DNA of 62,197 bases, the filler included, from Collodictyon triciliatum (Eukaryota), in assembly GCA_043381765.1 (NCBI GenBank). It is 4 parts of 4 records of this genome, joined end to end, with 100 filler letters (N's around TTAATTAATTAA, not from the genome) between each part and the next. Parts side by side here need not be neighbours in the genome. Positions count along the whole stretch, not along the records: positions 31,893 to 56,320 come from JBHJMP010000545.1; 3 more parts are not named here. One strand, written 5' to 3'. Shown here in pieces: positions 43,401 through 54,425 of the stretch. The notes under the pieces were generated by a model, which was not told the DNA's origin, searched no databases, and saw nothing but the letters and a program-made list of their open reading frames with translations. The position numbers and the translations under genes were made by a program. The number at the start of each line of letters is the position of its first letter. The first letter of the stretch is position 1.

Positions 43401-44291
43401 TTTTATTCTCTTTTTTATGGAATTATCTCATTTAGATCGACAAGATATTCAAAGAATTCCTCGCTGATGGACGCGTTGAATTCGATAAAGAAATGCTCAT
43501 GGTATGTATCCATCTCGGCATATGCTTTTCATTCCAATAATGATTGGCAAATACGTTGGTATGAAACAATCTTTCACTTTGTGTTGTATATGTCTAATTT
43601 ATGGGCAATAAATGGGATTCGATTCCATCATTAGCAACTGAGTAAGAAGCACAGTCTGATCCAAAGGATTCCTTCTCTGCCAATCGATACCCAGAACACG
43701 GTCTTGAAACAAAGAATATCTACAATACGTTTTCTGATTTTTATCTAGAAATGCACCCACATGGTGTCCTATTATCAAATGAACATATATACACAAGCAG
43801 GAAACATCCCCAAACAGCGCACATCCACTTTTTTTACCAGTTTTAACATCACGTGCGGTAGAACTTAACCATATTGCGTTGTCTGAATGAATGATTTCTG
43901 GTTTTAGGAGCGAATATTCAAAGAGATTGACAAGTACTGGAGACACAGCCAAGAGGAAATCAAAGAAGCAATGGACACGACACGGACGCTATGCGATACG
44001 CACAAACTGGAGAAAATAGAGTTTAGCACAGTTTACCACCGATTTGAGGCTTTCCTGAAGGTCATCATCTGCAAGCTAACTATCATATCATCCATTATCG
44101 AGCTTCAATAGCAATGAAACTTTGTCTTTTTTTTTAAAATATATATCATACACGTATACCCTATGACATTATAGCTCCTCCGCGAGAAGCAAGAAGTGGA
44201 GTCTGCATGGCTATCTCTTATGCTTCTCTTCAACGACTTAATCACCCTGCGAATCGAAGTCTTTGACAAGATTCAAGTCGAGGCCGAGTGA
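37451..44291 (+). CDS. Axonemal dynein light chain (p28) domain protein with long coiled-coil and EF-hand-like C-terminal extension (AXDND1-like architecture), multi-exon
   Basis: Spliced exons 38800-39331 give RPSDRRDAAVLREAF...YMSCFNELHRQ|VMSHCQERGELL, matching the p28 signature YxxCFDELIRQVTxxCxERGxLL. Further GT-AG exons lead to ...KIQVEAE and TGA at 44289-44291. The ATG sits just after a 453-N gap, so the start may be incomplete. Confidence 0.8.
43053..43417. repeat. (TTATTCTCTTTTTT)n minisatellite with gap, intronic
   Basis: Read directly. Confidence 0.9.
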
Positions 44292-44921
44292 CTCCCTCCC
44301 GCCTCCTCTCCCTCGCTCTCCTGTACACACGTCTCCCTTATATCGGCTGGGCCAGGATAAAGCACGAGCCGCAGATTCCCGTGTCTCTGGCGCCTTTGTC
44401 ATTGCGCTCCACATGCCTCTCCGCAGAGGCAGACTCTGGTGCGGGTGGGTTTCTCCAGGGCTGCCGCAAAGCAAGCAAACGCACCATCGACTCGCACCAA
44501 TGCCCTTCACCCCACATGAGTGGCTCTGCCCGACTGCAATGAAGGGAAACCGCTGAGGTTGGTCGTTTGCGCAAAGGCGCTTCGTCTTCAGGCGGGTGCT
44601 GCTTCATCACACATGTATTGAGTGAGATGAAGATATGCAGAGTGCAAGGGCAGTTTATGGGAGTTGGGGTTTGTTGAGGTATCTGTGGATGATGAGTTGA
44701 CGGGATGAAATTGTAGGGGAGTTGGCGCGCAGTGGGGCAGAGTCTGACACAGTTTGCCTGTCAGAGTATACGCAAACCGGCGCGACAATCCTATTTGTTT
44801 GACAGGCAAGCTGATGACAAGCTTCCTTTCGTCTGGAATCTCTCGCGGGAGTCGGGCAAGAGCGAAGCTAGCGCGACAGACGGGAAGCGGGACGCACAGC
44901 GGCGGGCGGCGAGTGGGCGCC

Positions 44922-46196
44922 TTAGTGGGCCAGGGCAAAGGCAACGGCAACGGTAGGGGCGGCGGCCGAGTTCTTGACGTTGGCCTTTGCGCCGATCGAG
45001 AGGGTGACCTTGTCGTGGACCTTGGCAACAACGACGGCGTCGATCTGGCCGGCCTGGGTGGCCTTGAGGCGGAGTTCGCTGTCATAGGCGGCAAACTTGG
45101 TGGCTGTGCCGACAGTGAAGGTCTTGTCCTGGGAGGAAGTGTTGAAGGCAAACTCGCCACCGATCACGGTCTTGTTGTTCACCAGCTTCTCAATGTTGTG
45201 GTAGTAGTTGACGCCAAAGACAGAGAACGCCTTGGTGCTGTGAAGAAAATACGAGCACGTTAATCACGAGGCTAGAGATTGCCACGGGGTAAAAACACTA
45301 TTTTCCAGGGAGGGAAGATGAATCTGGGTTGGAAACAAAAGGAATGCAGCATATTTTCCAGAGAAGGAAGGAGATTAATCTGGTTGGAGACAAGAGGAAT
45401 ACAGTATATTTTCTAGAGAAGGGAGATGAATCAGATCGGACACTCACGCGGTGGCATTGACAACCACGTCGCCAGCGGCATAGCCGAGGACGGCGTCCGG
45501 AGTGGAAGCCTTGGCCTTGTTGACGTCGTAGGAGAGATCGAGGCCAGCAGAGACGCCGTTTGAGGCCACAACGACGGAGGAGGCGACGAGCTTCTTGACG
45601 AGATCGACCGAGGTCTTTGCGGCGACGAGGCCGTGGGCGTAGCTGTAGGTGGCCTTGGCCGAGTCGAGAGCCTGGGCCTTGAAGACGGCCTCGAGCTGCA
45701 GCTTGCCGGCGGCAATCGGCTCGCCCTCGTACGTGGCGTCGATCTTGGTCTTGTGGCTGTCGGTCTCGTGCTTGGCCTTGTAGGCCACGCCTCGCACAGA
45801 CTGCTTCGCCTCCACGTCGCCCTTGAGGCTGCCGTCGGCCTTGCGCACAAGCGTGGCTGTCACGGCCGGGCCCAGCGTCGAGGTCTTGACTTCCACCTTG
45901 GCGTCCTCCGTGTACTTCTCGGTCAGCAGGTCTGTGTGCAGGTTGCTTGGTGAGGCTGCTGCGCAAGTGCTCTTGTGTTTTGTTTTTGTATTTTGTTTTG
46001 TTGTGTTTTTTGTTGTTTGTTTTTTGTTTTTTGTTGTTTGTTTTTTGTTTTTTGTTTTTTGTTTTTTGTTTTTTGTTTTTTGTTTTTTGTTTTTTGTTTT
46101 TTGTTTTTTGTTTTTTGTTTTTTTGTTCGCTATTTATTAGTGCTTACCCTTGGACTTCTTGCCGAGGTCGCTGTATTGTGTGGGCTTGGCGGACAT
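44922..46196 (-). CDS. VDAC: Mitochondrial outer-membrane porin (VDAC), 3 exons
   Basis: Exon 1 MSAKPTQYSDLGKKSK joins DLLTEKY, the VDAC N-terminal helix motif PxYxDLGKxxxDL. Amphipathic beta strands follow, ending KVTLSIGA...TVAVAFALAH and TAA. Introns at about 46147-45933 and 45447-45239 are GT-AG. Confidence 0.9.
45975..46126. repeat. (TTTTTTG)n repeat in VDAC intron 1
   Basis: Read directly. Confidence 0.93.
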
Positions 46197-46866
46197 TGTG
46201 CGTGCGAGAGGGAGGGCTGCGGCTATGTTTGTGATTGTGTTTGCTTGAGATCAGTTGTCTGGGGCGCTGGGGTTTTGTTGGTAGTTTGTTCTTTGTGGGG
46301 CTGGTTCATTTGTTGATCAGAGAAGCCGGCGTGATTTGGTGAGTGTGGTTGCTTGGGAAGTGTGTTGGAGTGGGACGAAGCGCGAGGCCATTGTGACGAA
46401 GGTTTTGTGTAGGGCGAGTGGTTTTTATAGGTTGTTGGTTGTTTTCTTTTTCTTGTCTTTTTTTTTGTCGCTGTTGCGGTTTTGCGGTTTATGTTGTTGC
46501 TGGGTGTTTCGGTGTGATTTCGTCATTGTCCGGCCACTATGTGCGGTGTGGTCTATCTGTGTCGATCTATGTTGTGTTTGTGTGTGTGCGGATTTGTAAC
46601 CTTTTTTGGTTCTGATTCTTGGTATTACGGGAACTGTGATGTTCTGGGATTTCTGCGAAATCTCCTGATTTTCATTGAACTAGCAGGTATTGTATACATA
46701 TACTTTTGTTCGACATTTTCTTAATGATAAATGTCAAAGTCTAGTCCCACAACAGGTATATATTGTATTGATTTATTTTCCACAATGAGGATGAATGCGC
46801 GCTTACGCACCAACCTGACTGCTCTTTTAAGGTTTTTTTTTCATAGTTTATATAGCGCGTGTCTGA

Positions 46867-49162
46867 TTACAAGATGGAAGCTACCACAGAGTTTCCTATT
46901 CGTTAGTTAGGATTCATTCGTGAGTATCATGTTGGTGGAAAAGAACATACCCAGAAAAAGAAAAAAAGGGTGTGATGATGACACAGCGATGAATAAGGTT
47001 CAGCAAAGACTTACCCGGAGTGCCTGCGCGTATGGATTGTGCAGTTTCCATCATCTTCTGTGCTTTTTGAGGGAACTGTGTCTGCTCGTAGCATTCAGCC
47101 ATTAGAACATATCCTGCAGTGGAGTTTGGATTCATGTCCACAACACGCTCCAAGTCCGATATGGCTGCTGCATAATCCCCGACCTGCGATGCGGAGTTGG
47201 TGACTCAAGTGTGGAATTTTGTGATAGACAGAATGAAATATAGGAAGGTAAAGTTTATATAATCAGAGTCAAGAGCTTCGCTGGGCTCATGAATACAAAC
47301 AAGGATTACCTGTCTTAGGACCATAGCTCGGTACAGTAGTGCGCCTGTATTTTTTGATTCCATATTCAGTGCGTTTGTAAATGAATCATGAGCTTTGGCT
47401 AAGTCTCCAGTCTCCATGGCACGAATTCCTGAAACCATTTGTTCTTCTATGTTGCGGGCCAGCTTTCATTGTTGTAATGGTTCAGAGAAGCTGGTTAGGT
47501 GGTGTGTCCGTGATATATGGGCATTATATGATTTCTATTCCGGTTTCTTATTCTCGTTTTATAGACCTGGGTACATTTATGAAAAAGGATATAAAATACA
47601 CCTCTAGTTCAGGTTTGAACCGTTTGTCAGACTCAGGTGATATTTTGAAAAGCTCCCGATAATACTCTGCCTGTAAATTGAACGAATGGATTGTAAGTAT
47701 AACTCGTACTTTGGGACGGTGAAAAAGAATCGCCTCATCAGGGAGAGTGGGCGTGTATAAATCACATGAATACATACAGGAAGAGCACGGCCACTTGTTA
47801 CAGAGTCCAACATAACATTAATCTTGGCCTGGACAGCAATGTCCCCGACAGAACTGGAATTTTTCATTTCTAGTAATGCATAGATCCATTATATGTATTG
47901 AAGGGGGCTCCTCAAATAATGTAAACAGAGCTGTTGATAAAAAAAAATATAGAGAGAGCTAAAAGTTGTGGAACATAGTCTAATCATAGGACAAGAAAAG
48001 AGCACCAGAAAACTTTTGGTTCTTTTTCACATGCGCGGTTATCAAGGCCCATGGGACTGGATCCTCTCGTGGAGGGGCGCCGGCAGCTGGCTCTCCCTCT
48101 TCATTCAGTGTCTGCTCGATATTGAACGTCGTGATACTTGTGTTCTGAGCCATGGCGTCGCTAATCTGTTGCGCACCCTATTCACATGAATATGAATAAG
48201 ATTAATGAGAAAAATACTTAGATATGTAAAAAGGTTACGTTCACATCCATTGAAACATCCAGGAGAATGAAAAGAAAAAAAACAGTCCATTACGGCAACG
48301 ATAATACAACATTTCCTCACCTTATCACCAATCCGGTTGTTATTGAGGTTCACCTCTACCAACACGTCGTTAGTTGTCTAGGTAATCAATTATATAGTTA
48401 GCTACACCCTCAGTGTCTTTGACACCTAAAAACTCGAACATACTTTTATGAAAGAGAAAAAAAGATAATATTCCACAGACACGGCCCTATAATTGCGCAT
48501 GCATGCATGCATTAGAGGAATAAAATGTCGAAAAAATAATGAAAAAAAAAAAAAGGATGGTATGAATGCAGCTATTTGTCGACTTGAGCCCATCAATTCA
48601 CAAGGATCATCGCCCAACTCACCAACACCTCCGCAATGACGGGGCAAACACGATTCCCAAGAAAGTTGTCTGCGAGATTCACAGCAGCGAGAGAGCGATT
48701 CTTGAGGAGGGCACGAAACACGGCAAGGCCGCCTTCAGAGCCGGCGTTGTTTCCAGCCAGAGACAGAGTGCGCAGAACACGGCAGTCGGCGAGACACGCA
48801 GCCAAGTGGGAGACGCCTTCATCGCCAAGGCCGCTGTGGGCGAGATTGAGGTAGACCAGGCCTTTGTTGAAGGGCAGCACAGAGCCCAGCAGACGCCCGC
48901 CTTCAGCCCCGACGCCACTGACTCGCAGATCCAGCTGGGCAAGCCCTTTGTTCATGCGCAGCGTCTCGGCAAGCTTCTTGAGATCCTCGGCCTGCAGCTG
49001 CGTGTTCCATAGGAGAAGATGCTTCAGCTGTGTGTTCCGCTTCAGGGCTTTGCAGAGCTTGGCGAAGTCTCCCGGCTCGATCTCGCATTTCCAAAGAGAC
49101 AGCGTGGACAGTGTCGGATCGTTGTCGAGGAGGCGTTGCAGGTTGACCGGGTTCAGCGGCAT
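46867..49162 (-). CDS. Ribonuclease-inhibitor-like LRR protein with C-terminal TPRs, 8 exons
   Basis: 28-residue LRRs (ALKRNTQLKHLLL; LVYLNLAHSGLGDEG; LRTLSLAGNNAGSEG; LVEVNLNNNRIGDKGA), then TPRs (AHDSFTNALNMESKNTGALLYRAMV; GDYAAAISDLERVVDMNP). Traced through GT-AG introns to ...VVASIL and TAA. Confidence 0.85.
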
Positions 49163-49662
49163 TTCGTGTGGTGGCTCCTGGCTTGCTTCTTCCTGCTTGT
49201 GTTTGTCTTTGAGTCTGTGCTCGCTGGATCGATTTGGAGCCCTTTTTTGATAGAATCCGATTGGGATCTTGATTTGTGATCGGTTGTCTTGGTTTGCGTG
49301 ACCAAATGTGGATCTGTAACGGCTACCAACTGAATTTTAATTGTGGAATTTAAAATATAAGTCAATTAAAAGTATATAATATGGGTAATTTGTATACAAG
49401 AGAATTTACGAATACAAATTTGTGGTAAATGATACAATTAGTGTAACAGTGTATTGATTCACACCTGGCTCGCCACATTTGCTTCATTGTGGCGAGCAAC
49501 AGCACCACACGCAGTCTTCTCGTTGTTGTGTTTCTGCTCCATAAAGCCTTCATTCAAGCGCCCGGAGCATCGCAGCGAATGAGTGAGGTATATCACAGCG
49601 CTTGAGCCTGTGTCTCAAAGCGCCTTCATTGCACTCTCAGCCTGGAACTGTCTTGCAGAAGG

Positions 49663-49780
49663 AAACAAAAAGAACAAAAAGAACAAAAAGAACAAAAAGA
49701 ACAAAAAGAACAAAAAGAACAAAAAGAACAAAAAGAACAAAAAGAACAAAAAGAACAAAAAGAACAAAAAGAACAAAAAG
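49663..49780. repeat. (AAAAAGAAC)n 9-mer repeat upstream of the flavin reductase-like gene
   Basis: Read directly. Confidence 0.95.
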
Positions 49781-49914
49781 AGCAAAAACAAAAACAATAA
49801 AAAGACGCAACAAAGCTCAAAGCAGACCAGAAAGAAAGCCCAACTCATGAACCCAACACAAAACAAGGCCAACAAACACCAAGCAAGCAAAACCCTGCGA
49901 AGCCAAAGCAAGCC

Positions 49915-50556
49915 ATGAGCGGAGGCCAGATTAGCCGGTTCCAAGAGGTCTTTGTGCGTGCCATGCAAGGAGTCTCCACGCCAATAGCCGTAGTGACGCT
50001 GCAAACACAGACAAAGACTCTTCGCGGCTGGACCATCGGCTCCTTCCACTCCGTCTCGGCAAACCCGCCAATGATTGGCTTCAATCTCTACCGCTTCGGC
50101 TCCTTTCACAAAGCTCTCTTCCCTGCACAGCATCAGAACCAAAACGAAACACATTCTCAATCCCCAACACAATCACAATCACAATCACAATCACAGACTC
50201 AAACATCACGTCGGTTTGTTGTCAACATCCTTTCTGCTGGGCAAAAGCCAACCGCAAACTTCTTTTCAAAGCCATTCCACCCGCCCGAGTCGTCTGTGCC
50301 TGCCCCGTGCCAGTTTGCCGCTGTTCCGCACGTGATCGATCCCCTGAGTCAGGCGCCGATTATCCTGGACTCGCAGGTGGCTCTTTCGTGCGAGGTGCTT
50401 TGGCACAAGTCTGCTGCCGAGCATGATGTTGTGGTGGGCACGCTCTTGGACATTGTGCAGCCGCCTTCCCAGGTGGAATCGGTGGCCCAGCTGGACAAGC
50501 CCAAGCGACCTCTGGTCTACTACATGAAGGAGTTTGTCACTGTCGAACAGCCCTGA
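49915..50556 (+). CDS. Flavin reductase-like FMN-binding split-barrel protein, intronless
   Basis: FxRAM...PIAVVT...GWTIGSFHSVSANPP, FVVNILSAGQ, LSCEV...EHDVVVG and PLVYY match the Flavin_Reduct pattern. Confidence 0.88.
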   Translation: MSGGQISRFQEVFVRAMQGVSTPIAVVTLQTQTKTLRGWTIGSFHSVSANPPMIGFNLYRFGSFHKALFPAQHQNQNETHSQSPTQSQSQSQSQTQTSRRFVVNILSAGQKPTANFFSKPFHPPESSVPAPCQFAAVPHVIDPLSQAPIILDSQVALSCEVLWHKSAAEHDVVVGTLLDIVQPPSQVESVAQLDKPKRPLVYYMKEFVTVEQP

Positions 50557-50899
50557 CCTGGTTGTCTTTTTCTTCGCTGGACGAACTCCAATTATCGCTC
50601 TTAATATTTCTTTTCTTTTCCACTTTATTTCCCCCCTATTTTTCTTATATATCTTATGGATGAACGGGACAAACAACAATTATCCCTCAAGCCTTTACTT
50701 TCATTTCTTTACCTTCCCTGTTGCGAGTTTAGCAAATGGATGACCTCTATACACTACAAACACCTCCTTTAATAAAACGACGTCGTATAAGACTTTCCTA
50801 TGCGGGCGTGTTGTGGGAACACTCTGTGCCATATACCTCTTATATGTTTATTCTCCTCAACGCCGATATGCGGAACAATCAGTCAAAAAATAACATTCG

Positions 50900-53690
50900 T
50901 GCTGGATTATCAGAATCGGGTCAGAAAGTCATCATACAGTTTCATCTAAGAGAGCGGACCGAACTATTTTCGAACACGGCTGGCCCATAAGTTGCTGCCA
51001 TCATCACTGGTCTAACAATCGCTGAGATAGGGCTGATTTAACATTCAAACGATTTAGAATACTTGGAGCAATGCATTTTCATTCAATAGCTGGCTGAAGT
51101 GCTCTCGCATTTATTGCCGTGCAGACAGCAAGCGAAGAGAAGGTCTAGACTGAATTAACTTTCAGGTTAATGCATATCGCTTTGAATGCATCGCGGATGC
51201 TGAGGATTCCTGTAAACTAACTTTGTAAAGGAACGGAGTGAATCGCATTGTTTGAAATGTCAAAGTATTCTATCCACTTCATCTCAAAGATCCAATGCGG
51301 GATGTAGCGAATCTATCTCGATTTCAAGAAAATAAAAATAAATTAGATTATACGATAGATAGTTATTTCAATCTATTCAATGGTTGAATATTACCCTGTT
51401 GCTTGAAAGATCAAGTTTGGGTTTTGCAGGAAGAGCAAAATCTCCATTGGAATCTATGCAATCTGCATACCAGTGTGTGATTTTTATCAAATTCAATCCC
51501 AGCAGAATCAACAAATGATTGAGCGCAGCCAGGAAGTTTGTTGTGTTCCAAATTCAAATTCTTTAAATTCCTCAACTTTTGCAAGCAAGTCGAATCCGCA
51601 ATCTAGATAACGCAAAGGGACATTAACCAAAGTCTATCGAACAATAAATAAAGTTAAGCATCGCATAGCATATACGATTAAAGTTGAATATAAAATACGA
51701 CACAACATACTCGGTTGTTTGAAAAATCGAGGTACTGGACCGAGTTCATGCCTTGTAAGAATTTTGGGACGACTTCAACCTGTTTGAATTTCAATCATCA
51801 GTTGGGCGGTATTCTCTCCACATATTCCATATAGAATATAACAAATATTTACACCTGAATATCTCGGACATAAAAGGCTTTCAAGTTAATCAGAGAGCTT
51901 GCGGCTTCTGGAATGAGTTTAATTTACATACATTTATATTTATTTAAAAGATCGATTTTATGTGAAAAATGAGATGTAAAGCGAAGAAATCTGGTTGTGA
52001 GAAATATCTAGATGGTCTATATTTTTTCAGAATTGTTATTGCCATAGGAAATTTATATAACTAGGGTGCGATTCAATAAGGGTTAAAATAGAATTAGCCA
52101 AAAAGTACATTTTGTAAACAAACCAACTTGATTATGGCTCAGGTTTAGGTGGAATATATTTGTTAAGAGAGTCAGGCATGTGGGATTGACGAAAGGAGCA
52201 TATTTGTAAAATCCAGGTAGATATAGTTCTGAATTTTCTTTTTGCTTGGGACACACTTTGGATTCATCAATTCAGCTTCCTTCATTGATGTTATTAGTAA
52301 AAAAAAAAAAAAAAATACTAAAGTTAGCGGGGTTTGCTACATTTTAAAGACATCTAGTAAACATTTTAGGATTTTTATTTGGAATGTATGCACACAAACC
52401 TAATTAAACTATCTCAGTTCTTTCCACCAATATGGGCACCAACATTCTATACCCATCAATATATGAGGTGCTCTTTTCGGAGAGAAAGTTGGCAATCACA
52501 CCCGTGGGTCTTCTATTCTCAATGCTTTGAGATTCTGAAGAATGGTTATCCAAGGAAGTATTTCCTCTATCTGATTTTCATTCAAAACATAAATGTGATA
52601 TTTGAGTGTTCAAAAAAATAAAGCATTTATACTTTATTAATCTTACTCCATTGATGTATGTATGTATTTCTTTTATGGATGCAAGGCGTGTTATCCTAAG
52701 GTGCAACATTTTCAAGTTCATTCCTGAAAAGTTTAGTATCGTTGTGTGGTAGTCATATGAAGATGGCATTCAGCAAGGGTCAATAATGTCCATTTAATGC
52801 ATAAAAGCGCAGAAATGAACCTTTCATGCATAATATGCATACCCGCGAAATAAAAATGGTTCTTACTGGTTGGTGCCGATGGTTATTGAAACAAAAAAAA
52901 TTACTGGTTCATACAAAGTTACTTTTCTCAGGTTATCGGCTATGGATAAATTGTCACCCGGATGCCTCTTTGGATTCTCCCAACAAGGGAGAGATGTTAT
53001 ATCCTGTAGTACCTTCTTGATGCAGATTACAAGGACTCGTTCGATTTGCAAAATGTTCATATACGACAGAGACAATTTTCCTTACGGTAACTATGTAATC
53101 TATATATAAGATAAAAATTATATCCACCACGAATTCAGATAGTAAATGAATGAGTTTAAGCAATTATTTTGATAATTATGTTCATGCATGGCCTAGTGTA
53201 AATATCTGTTACTGAAATATTGAACATGGAGAGCCTGCTAATTTTGCTGAGAGCTGATATCTCTTCAGGCAAGGAGGAAAGGTTGTTCTCTCTGATAATT
53301 AAGGTTGTCATATTGGTCGTCTTCAGGCTAACATTGGGAAAATATGCTAATTTGTTGAATCCCAGATTCAAGTGAACAAGATTGGATAGCATTGATATCT
53401 CATCGGGCATAGCTGCCAGTAGGTTGTTTGAAAAGTCCAGCTAGGCGACTCTGGTAAGATAGGATACATCTGATGGCAGGGATATGAAGCAATTGCTTCC
53501 AATCCAAGGGACAGAGAGGTCACATAGCGCAAAAATACTCGAGGGGAAGTTTGGAAATTTTCTATTTTTGAGATTCAGATATGCGCAACTCTCCAATGTG
53601 TGGTGTGACGGCTGCCAAGCGGGCCTCAAATGCCTTAGTTCGTCCTGCACTCGACCGGTTCTTCTGTCGTCCATAAGGCAGCCCCCTCTC
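50900..53690 (-). pseudogene. Decayed multi-exon leucine-rich-repeat gene
   Basis: LRRs such as LVHLNLGFNKL, IFHLNLSHNQ, IDHLDISHNQ, VQYLDFSNNR and IEYFDISNNAI. In-frame stops at 53441 (TAG), 53082 (TAA), 52770 (TGA), 51454 (TAG) and 51217 (TAG), plus frameshifts and lost splice dinucleotides. Boundaries approximate. Confidence 0.8.
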
Positions 53691-54425
53691 ACTTGTTTGC
53701 TTTGGTATGGAAGATAACCTGCCTTCGTAATGTGGATTGCATCAGAGATTTTATTCCAATTATTTTATAAATTATAAAAAGTATGAAAGATTGAAAGCAG
53801 TGCGGCCGTCGTTTGTACTCAATAAACGTGGCAAGAAAAGAAAAAGAAAAAAACAGCCCCAAGTGCCTTGTTTGCCGAAGGTGACGGGCTAAAGCCAAGC
53901 GAAACGAAAGCACCACGTGCTGAGAGTCCCGGAATGATGCCATCATTGAGAAACAGAGGCTAGTGCGAGGAGACAGAAGCCTGATGCGCCCACCAGGTGC
54001 TAAGCCTATTCATTTGTATGTATTAATGTTTTATCCGCGCCACCCCAGACCGCGACTGACAAGAGAAAAGCGGCAGCCTTTCCTTTAGATGCAGAGCATA
54101 GGTGATTCCAGACCTTTACTTACGAATGCTACTATTTATGGAATATATTCAAAAGTGACGCACTTTATGTTCGTCATTTGACGTCAGAATCTAGAGAAGG
54201 CATCCAGCGAGGGGTACATAAGCCGTGCGGGCGACTTGCGTTTTTCACACATTCCACTAACCGGTTGGAAAGAATACGGACGCAATGCATCACAAGCCCA
54301 AAGACCACCGTAAGAGGCTGTTTGATTCTAGCCTTGCTTTAGATTAAGTAGGTTGTGCAATCATAAAACAGGTTCTCCATCATCCGAAGCATTTGCGCCC
54401 GTCTGTAGGAAAAGGCCGCCGCATC

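Noticed and set aside
44588-45966. Long overlapping ORFs around VDAC, and similar ones over the WD40, TM9SF and LRR exons
   Set aside because: Shadow ORFs caused by codon bias of the real gene; no recognisable protein features.
50900-53690. In-frame stops as evidence of a reassigned genetic code, readthrough or selenocysteine
   Set aside because: All three stop types occur, together with frameshifts and lost splice sites. Intact genes end in TAA (VDAC), TAG (TM9SF, AT3) and TGA (WD40, flavin reductase) and show no internal stops in the exons traced.
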